Source of the DNA: Opitutia bacterium
GTDB taxonomy: Bacteria; Verrucomicrobiota; Verrucomicrobiia; Opitutales; T3Sed10-336
Length of the DNA: 64,000 bases
Direction: 5' to 3'
NCBI GenBank assembly: GCA_050506795.1
Contig: JBJHCF010000006.1
Coordinates: 64,001-128,000 of the forward strand
The position numbers and the translations under genes were made by a program. Positions 9,226 to 17,668 of this stretch are shown one piece after another (within the stretch, counting starts at the first letter, position 1; each line of letters begins with the position of its first letter). The notes under the pieces are model-generated. The model saw only the letters and a list, made by a program, of their open reading frames with translations. It had not been told where the DNA came from and ran no database searches.

Positions 9226-10881
9226 TCAATCAACCGGCGGTTCGTTGTCGCCATACGCCAGTTCGTGCAGGATGTGCCTTGCGCGGGAGCTTGCCACGTA
9301 GAGGTGCAAAGGGGAGCAGCCCGGCGCAGTCGGTTTTACCTCGCAAAGTATGACTGCGTCGGCTTCCAGTCCCTTGAAACGATGGAGGCTGCTGAAGCGT
9401 ACGGTATTCGGCGCGGGCGCGTCTTCGTGCCGGCGGAGGGACCAGTTTCCGAAGACCCGCTGTCGCCAGACGTCGCTGGTCTCGGGAAGCCGCGGCGAGA
9501 GGATGACCGTACGCTCCGGGTTGATCTGCCCTTCGTTCAGAAGGTTGTGCAGCGTCTTGCGGATGACTTCGAGCATCCCTTCGGTGTTCGGAGCGCTGGC
9601 TCGGACGACCTCCTCGCCTTCCGGCGCCTCGGGCCGCGTGGTCGCGCAGTTTGGGACGAGTTCCGACAGGCGCGCGGCGATCCGCCGGGTGTTGCGACAG
9701 TTGGTCCGCAACTCGCCGACCACCGCGTCCAGTTCGCCGCTGAGGTCTTCGGTTCCGTAAACCTTCTGATTCGGGTCGTACATGACCCAAACGCTGGAAT
9801 CCTCCCCCCGGCGCAAGTCGAAGACGGTGCTCCACCAGCCGAGCATGAAATCCTGGCCTTCGTCCACGATAACGTGATCCCATCGAGCCTCTGGAAGCCG
9901 CTTCAGCGCCTCATCGAGCAGGTATTGAGCCCCCTGTTCCCAGAAAATGCGGGACCGTTCGTTGTCGCCCGGCACCTGGAATTCGAGGTTCGCTGCATGG
10001 GCAAGTTCTTTACAAAGCTCGTGGAAGGAAGCCACACGTACGCCGTCGATCTGCTGTTTCAGGTAGTTGGCGAGCGGTTCGTTGTAACACAACAACAGCA
10101 CGTCGTCGCCGGCCTCTGAGAGTCTCCGGGCTCGTTCGAGGGCAATCATCGTCTTGCCGGTGCCGGCGCCGCCCCGAATCGCCACCCACTTGTTTGAGCC
10201 CATAAATTCGAGTATCCGGTATTGCTCTTCGGTCAGACGGACAAGCTCCGTGGCTTCCTCACCGAGCCTATCGGAAAGCCGGGGGACCAGGTTGAGCTTG
10301 GGGGCGATAGTCTTCTTGAAAGTTTCCGGATCCAAACGCGTCGCCCGTTCCACCGCGCCGACCGCGTCGAAAATACCGGATATCGCAGCCTCGACATTCC
10401 CGGCCTCCAAATCGCGAGCGTCAACGATCCTTTCCCGCGGCAACTCCGGAGTCCGGATTTCTCCCACATGCACGTCGGGAAAACAGACGGCCCAGCCGAA
10501 GAATGGGGCCCTTTCCCGGTAGGCGCAGTGCCCGCGCAGGAACCTGTCGACCGCGCGGCATTGGCCCTGCACCTGTTTGCCGGGGTCCTTGATCGGAAAA
10601 ACCTCGGCATTTTTACCGACCGACCGCCAGCCGTTTTCATCATGAAGGATGCCACCCCCCTTAACCTCGAGAACCAGGTAACCGCGATTTGGGTGGAAAA
10701 TGATGAAGTCAATTTCCTGCTCTTCGGGACGCTGATGATTTCGGTCGGAACGTGTGGTATTGATCCGCTGGCCGTGGAAGACAACGAAGTCCGCGGGCAA
10801 TCCGTCGCGGAGCGCGGCGAACACCTTCATCTCGGACCGCGGAATCCCCGGCGGAGGGTTTTGGGGAAAAATTTCAGCCAT
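9226..10881 (-). CDS. NERD nuclease - SF1 (UvrD-like) helicase fusion
   Basis: 'EIDFIIFHPNRGYLVLEVKGG'; Walker A 'GGAGTGKT'; Walker B 'VIVDEGQD'; 'RFKGLEAD', 'LYVASSRA'. Confidence 0.9.
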   Translation of the reverse strand: MAEIFPQNPPPGIPRSEMKVFAALRDGLPADFVVFHGQRINTTRSDRNHQRPEEQEIDFIIFHPNRGYLVLEVKGGGILHDENGWRSVGKNAEVFPIKDPGKQVQGQCRAVDRFLRGHCAYRERAPFFGWAVCFPDVHVGEIRTPELPRERIVDARDLEAGNVEAAISGIFDAVGAVERATRLDPETFKKTIAPKLNLVPRLSDRLGEEATELVRLTEEQYRILEFMGSNKWVAIRGGAGTGKTMIALERARRLSEAGDDVLLLCYNEPLANYLKQQIDGVRVASFHELCKELAHAANLEFQVPGDNERSRIFWEQGAQYLLDEALKRLPEARWDHVIVDEGQDFMLGWWSTVFDLRRGEDSSVWVMYDPNQKVYGTEDLSGELDAVVGELRTNCRNTRRIAARLSELVPNCATTRPEAPEGEEVVRASAPNTEGMLEVIRKTLHNLLNEGQINPERTVILSPRLPETSDVWRQRVFGNWSLRRHEDAPAPNTVRFSSLHRFKGLEADAVILCEVKPTAPGCSPLHLYVASSRARHILHELAYGDNEPPVD

Positions 10882-11291
10882 AACTTCCCTTACGAGGGCC
10901 TCACGGTCACAGAGTCGTGGCCCGAAGCCGAATTCAATTGAACGGCGGAACGCAATCCTTCAATCACGGATAAACTTGATGCGCAAGGATAAAGCCCTTC
11001 CGCTCCACAAAAGCGGAACGTGGCGACCTCCCGCACCCGGCACGTACTCCACGAACTCGCATACGGTGAGCAGTAAGCTACTACCGGCCTGATCAAGACT
11101 CTGATGCCGCAAGAACGCCCGATTTTCGCCCTCTAACAGATAACTCCTCGCTGCGCGTTCAAACTCATGCAGCTCTCCGCCTGCAACCAGATGGGTGGGG
11201 CGGTGTGTCGTTCGCACCGCGATCATGGGGAGAATAAAATCATCGAACATTGAGACGACTCTTGGTATTGCTGCCAAAAACCTGATCTCCC

Positions 11292-12218
11292 ATGGCGTAT
11301 TCCGATGACAAAGCTGCCTTCTGGCTCGGCAAACTCACGAAACTCAATCCCGCTTCCGGCCGACCGCCCTGCCATGGAAAGGCTCCGCACAAGCCGCTCC
11401 TCCTTCTGACCCTCCTCGACCTGGTGGAGGAGGGCGAATTTCCGTCCCGCACGTTCGCTCGGACGGCCGGGATGGTCCTCCGGTTTCGCAGTTACGGCTC
11501 CATCGTCGCCGATCGCTGGCCGACTCGGCTCGACCTGCGGATGCCGTTTTATTACCTTAAGAGTCAGGATTTCTGGACCGCCCACACCGCCGAAATGCGC
11601 CCGGCAACCTCGCCAGAATCATGTGTTCTTTGCGAGATGCATGAGGACCTCATTGAACTCCTCGCCGACCCCGAGTTTCGTCTCAAAGCGAGAATGGTTC
11701 TCGTATCAAAATACTTCGCCCGCGACGAACAGGCCGCTCTCTTCGAGATGCTCGGTCTGCACGGAACGGCCACCCGCGAGGGGAAAGCGAACCAACTCCT
11801 CAAGGAAGCCACAGAAACCGCCAAACGCAAAGGCCGCTGTGCCCGCTTCGCCGTCCAGGTGGTGAGCAAATACCAATTCACCTGCGCCCTCACCGGCTAC
11901 CGCTGCATCACCGCCGACGGCGCGGCCATCGTCGATGCCGCCCATATTGAGCCCTGGGCGAAAAACCAAAACGACGACCCGCAAAACGGAATCGCTCTTT
12001 GCAAGAACGCCCACTGGGCCTTTGACGAAGGCCTCTGGTCCGTCGGCGACGACTGGCGCGTGATCGTCGCTAAATACCGCTTAAGCGAAAGCGGTCCCGA
12101 GGCGCTGAAACTGGCTCCCTACGCCGGCCGCCTTCTTCAATTCGCCGAAGGCGCCAACCTGCGCCCCCGGATGGAGTTCTTCCTCGCTCACCGGCGGCAC
12201 CACGGCCTTGCGGGGTAG
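11292..12218 (+). CDS. SBD-like + HNH endonuclease (putative phosphorothioate/modification-dependent type IV REase)
   Basis: N-terminal 'KAPHKPLLLL...MPFYYLKSQDFW'; C-terminal 'CALTG...DAAHIEPW...NGIALCKNAHWAFD'. Confidence 0.85.
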   Translation: MAYSDDKAAFWLGKLTKLNPASGRPPCHGKAPHKPLLLLTLLDLVEEGEFPSRTFARTAGMVLRFRSYGSIVADRWPTRLDLRMPFYYLKSQDFWTAHTAEMRPATSPESCVLCEMHEDLIELLADPEFRLKARMVLVSKYFARDEQAALFEMLGLHGTATREGKANQLLKEATETAKRKGRCARFAVQVVSKYQFTCALTGYRCITADGAAIVDAAHIEPWAKNQNDDPQNGIALCKNAHWAFDEGLWSVGDDWRVIVAKYRLSESGPEALKLAPYAGRLLQFAEGANLRPRMEFFLAHRRHHGLAG

Positions 12219-12272
12219 GAAACAATCAGCTGAACTTGAGTTCTCGCGTGAGTTCGTTAAGCGTGAAACATA

Positions 12273-12689
12273 GTGAAGGACTGGCTTACGAAGGAGATGC
12301 GCTCATGGAACATGAGCCGAATCAAGGGCAAGAATACCAAGCCCGAGATGATCGTTCGCTCACTCCTCCACCGCGCCGGTTATCGCTTCCGCCTCCACGA
12401 CCCAAAGCTTCCGGGAAAGCCGGACATCGTCCTGCCGAAATACAAGACGGTCATCTTCGTCCATGGGTGTTTCTGGCATCGTCACGAGGGATGCAGAAAT
12501 TGCACAACGCCAACGAATCGACGGGAGTTTTGGCTCAATAAGCTCAATGCGAACGCAGCACGGGACAAGCGACATCAAGAGGCATTGAGGCTTAAAGGGT
12601 GGAAGCCAGTGGTTGTCTGGGAATGTGAGGTTACAGGGGGGCAGGGGAACGAACGTGTCCTCAGGAAGCTGCAGAGGGTCCTGCAATAA
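12273..12689 (+). CDS. vsr: Very short patch repair endonuclease
   Basis: 'RSWNMSRIKGKNTKPE', 'LPGKPDIV', 'FVHGCFWHRH', 'VVWECE'. Confidence 0.95.
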   Translation: MKDWLTKEMRSWNMSRIKGKNTKPEMIVRSLLHRAGYRFRLHDPKLPGKPDIVLPKYKTVIFVHGCFWHRHEGCRNCTTPTNRREFWLNKLNANAARDKRHQEALRLKGWKPVVVWECEVTGGQGNERVLRKLQRVLQ

Positions 12690-12745
12690 CTTTCTAAACA
12701 GCAATCAGCCGGCTGAGGATGATTTCATAAGGGTAAAGCTCGCTG

Positions 12746-12979
12746 TCACTGATTTCGTCTAGCGCCGCGCGCCGTACCGCTTCGCGTCTCATAACCAAAA
12801 CCTGTTTTAGTCCAGTCTTCCATACTATCCGGGTGGAAGCCAGGATAAAGAAACGCCATCGAGAAGTAGGCTGATAAGAACTCGGTCTTGTTCAGGTTTT
12901 CTGGCCCCCTACGGAGTGCGGCTGTGAGATTATTAATGGCAACCTCGTCAGTTGCTGGGAGAAAGCGTTTCGCTTTCAT
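12746..12979 (-). CDS. Hypothetical protein
   Basis: 77-aa ORF 11 bp after the methyltransferase stop, with a purine-rich upstream sequence; no motif. Confidence 0.35.
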   Translation of the reverse strand: MKAKRFLPATDEVAINNLTAALRRGPENLNKTEFLSAYFSMAFLYPGFHPDSMEDWTKTGFGYETRSGTARGARRNQ

Positions 12980-12990
12980 TCCCACCCCTT

Positions 12991-14646
12991 TTAAGCGGAA
13001 CATTTCGGTTTGTCACTTGTAAAATCCTTCAGTGTTGTTTCCGGTCCAGCCTTTCGCGCATTATTTGATGCCACGGACAGTAAGGTTTTCATAACCGTTT
13101 TTCCGATTTGGAAGGCCAAATAAGGGGGGACGGCGTTGCCGACTTGCTTGTACTGTTCCGTCCGCGGTCCACAAAAAAGATAATCATCCGGAAAGGTCTG
13201 AAGTCTTGCGGCCTCCCGCACCGTCAAGCTCCTACATTGCGAAGGATCAGGGTGAATGAAGTAGTGACCATCCTTGTGAATATGAGACGTTATTGTGGTC
13301 GAGGGACGATTTTTGCATTGAACACGGAAACGGTCGTTGAAGATGCTTCCTCCATTGTTACGGATATTCTTATGCGCTGGGAGGAAAGGCGGCGGAAAAT
13401 CGGACAACTTTGGAGAAAGTCCTCTCACCTCAGCGAAAGCACTCGCGAAAAGGTAACGGTGAAGGTCGCTTGCCATATGTGAACGGGCTTCGTGATTCAG
13501 AAAGACAGGCATATGTTCGGCCTGCAGCCATTCCGCCAGTGCAGCCGGCTTCCTGCGCAGATCGCGCTTCATTCGGGGACTTCCATTGCACAAAACCGGT
13601 TTGGCACTGGAGAGTTCTGATCTGATCATGTCTCTAATGAAGACGTAGACATCATAACAATGGGTCGCAAGCCACCGGTTCCCGTCAGATCCCCTAAACT
13701 CACGAAGAATCTCTCTCCAGGTGAGACTATCTCCTCGAGAAACGCGGCTCTGAATTTGAGGGAGGTCTCGTATTACATCCCAAGCAGTAGGCGCTGTGCT
13801 AATCTTTTCCAGCCAAGCTATGCTTGGATTAAGATCCGCTCGAATCCCGATTATAAACAAGCGATGCCTTGCTTGAGGCACGCCTTGGTTTTCGGAGCAT
13901 ACGATAAAATCTTTGTCTTCGGCCTCGCTTGGGAAAAGAGTGGACTCACGACGTTCCCACAGAGGAACCAATCTGTATTCCAAGTCGCCTTTTCGACTTC
14001 CGCCTGGAAGGTCGGCCACAGCTCGCTGGGGAAGGCGCAAGTCCCGCTTGATTTCCTGAAAAATACCGGAGCCTCTCACAGTGGACGATAACAGACCACG
14101 TACATTCTCCATCACGAAGATTGACGGAGCGTGCGACGCTACGATTCTCAGATACTCTCGATAGAGAAAGTGGCGGTGATCGTCTTCAAAATCTGCCTTC
14201 GTTGACTTCATTCGCGCCCGTCCCACAAGAGAATACGCTTGGCAGGGGGGGCCACCTAACAAGACCCAATCTTCGGTTTCCTTGAGCGCCTCACAAATCC
14301 GGTCAGATACGGATCGCCGTGGCGTCACCCCCAGTTCGGCCCGCCAAGCCTCACATTTTGCCTCGGTCCAAAAGGGCTCGAACCGGGTAATCAGTTCATT
14401 GAGGCTCAAATCCCCGCTGTAAAAGGCGTTCAGGTAAAGGCGATTTCCGGATCTAATCAGTTTTCGCGCAAACGCGCGAAAAAGTAAGGTCTCGTGAGCA
14501 TATCGGTCTTTTTCGATCGACAATCTAATGTCAAAACCCGCGGCTGAAAAGCCCTCCGCTAATCCTCCCGGACCAGCAAATAGATCAATCGCAGCTATGC
14601 CTGGACTCAGGACACTCCCGTTGCGTTCCGATCTACGATGCACCAT
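12991..14646 (-). CDS. dcm: DNA (cytosine-5)-methyltransferase
   Basis: Motif I 'DLFAGPGG', IV 'GGPPCQAYS', VI 'MENVRG', VIII 'PQARHR', IX-X 'REAARLQTFP...QVGNAVPP'. Confidence 0.95.
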   Translation of the reverse strand: MVHRRSERNGSVLSPGIAAIDLFAGPGGLAEGFSAAGFDIRLSIEKDRYAHETLLFRAFARKLIRSGNRLYLNAFYSGDLSLNELITRFEPFWTEAKCEAWRAELGVTPRRSVSDRICEALKETEDWVLLGGPPCQAYSLVGRARMKSTKADFEDDHRHFLYREYLRIVASHAPSIFVMENVRGLLSSTVRGSGIFQEIKRDLRLPQRAVADLPGGSRKGDLEYRLVPLWERRESTLFPSEAEDKDFIVCSENQGVPQARHRLFIIGIRADLNPSIAWLEKISTAPTAWDVIRDLPQIQSRVSRGDSLTWREILREFRGSDGNRWLATHCYDVYVFIRDMIRSELSSAKPVLCNGSPRMKRDLRRKPAALAEWLQAEHMPVFLNHEARSHMASDLHRYLFASAFAEVRGLSPKLSDFPPPFLPAHKNIRNNGGSIFNDRFRVQCKNRPSTTITSHIHKDGHYFIHPDPSQCRSLTVREAARLQTFPDDYLFCGPRTEQYKQVGNAVPPYLAFQIGKTVMKTLLSVASNNARKAGPETTLKDFTSDKPKCSA

Positions 14647-16708
14647 TGTTAAAGAAGCCCTCCTCGATTGCTCGCTTTTCTGCCCTAACTAGTACGGCCG
14701 CCTGTTTCTCGGACAGCACTTTTTGAGGATTACACGCTATGCTTAGAATATTACTTTCCATTGGTGTAAGCTTGCGTTGAACATTGTTCCATTCAGACAG
14801 CTGGGCCCAATAGCCCGATCCCTTCTCGACGACATAGGTCTGAACGTGAATCCCGTCCTGAATGTTTTGCGTTCGAATGCCTTCCCTCTCTTGGATGGCA
14901 ACACTCTGGGGATCTGCTAAGAATTTGGCGATAGAAGAATTCAGTGGTAAAGGGTGATCCTTTACTTGGTCCCAGCAGATTTCGAGTTTCGCCCACTCAC
15001 TGATATTTGATTTCTTCAAATCCTCCGGAGGAGAATGCAGGAGGCCATTGACTGCCTCGGCGATCTGTAAAAGCTGGTCCTGTAGTGCGGGTGGCAGTTC
15101 CTGATCCTGCCAAATCTTCATAAAATCAATGCACTTCTTCTTGTTCCGAACCATACAAGTGAATTTGGCGAGTGTATATGTAACGATATTCGCCTTGTAG
15201 CCAGAGTACCAGGGCTGACTCAGAATTGCTTTGTCCAAACCCCTGAACAAGATTGCCTTGGCAATCGTGGTCTTGAACCAGTGTTCATTAAAGCTCGTTT
15301 CGTTCTTCTCCCATTCCTGTGCAATCCGTGAGACGAAACCCTTTACCCGAGGCCCACCCGCAAAGGCCTTTTGCGCTCCCAGGCTAACCACGTGCGGCTC
15401 TTCCTCAAACGATAGAACGAATTTAGCCAGATCCGTTTTTGTGAACATTTGGCTCCTCGGATTCTGTAGGAGGAAGCCTTTCTTCCGGGCGGGTGTAAGA
15501 TTCGCCTGCTGATTTGCATACTGACCACGGGCACGCTCGTAGAACCAGTGCGTCTCCTGAACCCCTCCCTCTCGCGATGGAGCCCATAGGCGCCGAGAAA
15601 ATTCCTCGATCCGTAAATGAAAGGGATGATTTGAGAAGAAATCAGCAGCGCTTACTTTGTTCTGAGTATTTGCGTACTCAGAAATACGGGGCACGATGTC
15701 GTTTACCCGATCTCCTGGGACTACCGACAATTTTACCTGGACGTAAACGTCCTTTAACTCGGCTGACTCCTTTCTGCGAGCGGTAAAAACCGATGCCGTT
15801 GTCTGGCCACCGTTGACAATCTGGAGATTCTTGATGCGGAGAATTCTGGAACCGTCTTTCGATAGCTGAACTTCCTCCGCTGTGGCAGATATTCCATTAT
15901 TGTAGGAAAAGAACATCTTTGGCTCCTGGATAATCGTGTTTCGAATGCCCTTGTTGACTTTGCCCCGGAACTGGAGAAACGTTCGCACATTTTGCTCCAG
16001 CAGGCGCTCTCCATAGGTTTCATAGAGGTCAGCAAGAGTCCCTCCCGGCAAGACGAGAAGGTACGATCTAATGTCATCTGCACCTGCAAATGCCGGGAGG
16101 CAGAGCAATCCATCCGGCACCACAGTCGTTAGATCGATTTCAACGTCCTCTCGCTCCCGCCCCGATGACTCCAATCGATAGATCCGGCTAAAATCCCACG
16201 CTTCATAAGCAGTCGGCAGTCCCCCCACCTTTTGATCTGGAAGTGCCTCAACGCGCGTGCTCAGCTGCGCATTGGATACTAAAACCAAAGTGATTCGCTT
16301 GATCTGGCCATGGGAGCCCGCGATGAGCCAAGCCAATTCTGTGACTGGCATGGCTTCATCCAGCGCCGTCGCGACTTCTACCTTACGACTTGCCTCATAA
16401 AAACGTGCCGCCCGCCTAAACGCGCCTTCAAGCTCGGTCTTTGTCAAGTTTTCGAGGGTGCCGCTCTCTCGAAAGTCGGCGACGATCAGCACCAGATTGC
16501 CCAACTCCTCGTCAAAAGCCCATGCGTCAATGGCATATCCGCGGGCGGTGTTCTTGTAATCTACCTGCGAATACCCATTGAACTCGCCCTGCTCTTCCAG
16601 AAAGGAGCACATGTAATCCACAAAAACGCTTCTTGAAAAATCCTTCTCTGAGCCTGCTCGGGCAAGAATGTCCTGGAAAAACTCTGTGTGAAACTCTTCA
16701 ATAGCCAT
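14633..16708 (-). CDS. AIPR family protein (MzaE-like)
   Basis: 'LLEQNVRTFL', 'FFSYNNGI', 'QIVNGGQT', 'ANTQNKV'. Confidence 0.92.
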   Translation of the reverse strand: MAIEEFHTEFFQDILARAGSEKDFSRSVFVDYMCSFLEEQGEFNGYSQVDYKNTARGYAIDAWAFDEELGNLVLIVADFRESGTLENLTKTELEGAFRRAARFYEASRKVEVATALDEAMPVTELAWLIAGSHGQIKRITLVLVSNAQLSTRVEALPDQKVGGLPTAYEAWDFSRIYRLESSGREREDVEIDLTTVVPDGLLCLPAFAGADDIRSYLLVLPGGTLADLYETYGERLLEQNVRTFLQFRGKVNKGIRNTIIQEPKMFFSYNNGISATAEEVQLSKDGSRILRIKNLQIVNGGQTTASVFTARRKESAELKDVYVQVKLSVVPGDRVNDIVPRISEYANTQNKVSAADFFSNHPFHLRIEEFSRRLWAPSREGGVQETHWFYERARGQYANQQANLTPARKKGFLLQNPRSQMFTKTDLAKFVLSFEEEPHVVSLGAQKAFAGGPRVKGFVSRIAQEWEKNETSFNEHWFKTTIAKAILFRGLDKAILSQPWYSGYKANIVTYTLAKFTCMVRNKKKCIDFMKIWQDQELPPALQDQLLQIAEAVNGLLHSPPEDLKKSNISEWAKLEICWDQVKDHPLPLNSSIAKFLADPQSVAIQEREGIRTQNIQDGIHVQTYVVEKGSGYWAQLSEWNNVQRKLTPMESNILSIACNPQKVLSEKQAAVLVRAEKRAIEEGFFNNGAS

Positions 16709-16717
16709 CGTCTTCTC

Positions 16718-17668
16718 CTATAATTCAAGTTGTGCTTCAAAGGGAGCGCATGCTTCAATTCTAAGGTGATGAGCAACTTGTTCGACGCCTTCCGGAACGG
16801 CTGCATGCGCAATGCGGGGAAAGCCGTCGGTGATCCTGAAAGCTCGCATCGCGACCCTTTGAAACACGTGATCGTCGTATGAGTCGGATGGAACGTAGCC
16901 GGACAGAAACAGCAGGTCCTCAAATCGCTCCTGCGTCGCGTCGGAGCAGTTTCCAAGCTGACTCCGGATTGATTCAGTGAGTGAATTTAGGGTAAAAGCT
17001 CCATCGTTAGCGGGATCTGCGGTCGCCAGCGTGAACACAACCAGATATCCTTTAGGCAGTTGAGGATTCAACTGCTCAATTGAACCGATGCGCACAGTTG
17101 GCTTGGATGAGCCAGACTGGGACTTTACCTCGATTGCTGTGTCATGAACCGCAAAATCCTGCGGAGCGTCTTCCGGTCCCTTCCACGACAGAATTGCTTC
17201 ATCCCATCCGAACCTGGCTGCCACAGTATCCCGAAGGAAGAGCAATTCCCCAATCAGGCCTTTTATCTCCTCCAACGACAGAAGCCTGGGTCGGGCCCTT
17301 TTCAAAAACTCCTGCCATCGCCTTAGCCGACGAAGAATAATGGCCGTTCCCGCATCCTCATTTTGAATGACGGCCGTTGATCTGACCAAGTCTGCGCACA
17401 GGGTATGGAACAGCTCCCAGTTTGCTTTCTCATTCAGGAGTAAGACCAGTTTTCCCCTCACGTTTTCTACGGCGGTTCCAACAAGAATACCCGTAAGCTT
17501 GGGTAAAGCTTTCTGCGCCGGTAATGCTGCGCGCGGTACGTCAGCCAGAAACAGATAGCGACCCCGCGCATCCAATGCCCAATAGAGCTTTAAAGGGTGT
17601 TTTTCAGCCACCAAGCGAGCGTTGAATTCACTGGAAGGCTTTTCAATTTCTGCCCAGGGATTTCTCAT
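16718..17668 (-). CDS. PD-(D/E)XK protein, DUF4420 (MzaD-like)
   Basis: 'GLIGELLFL', 'WKGP...QDF...IEVKS', 'IEQL'; lies between Z1 and AIPR. Confidence 0.88.
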   Translation of the reverse strand: MRNPWAEIEKPSSEFNARLVAEKHPLKLYWALDARGRYLFLADVPRAALPAQKALPKLTGILVGTAVENVRGKLVLLLNEKANWELFHTLCADLVRSTAVIQNEDAGTAIILRRLRRWQEFLKRARPRLLSLEEIKGLIGELLFLRDTVAARFGWDEAILSWKGPEDAPQDFAVHDTAIEVKSQSGSSKPTVRIGSIEQLNPQLPKGYLVVFTLATADPANDGAFTLNSLTESIRSQLGNCSDATQERFEDLLFLSGYVPSDSYDDHVFQRVAMRAFRITDGFPRIAHAAVPEGVEQVAHHLRIEACAPFEAQLEL

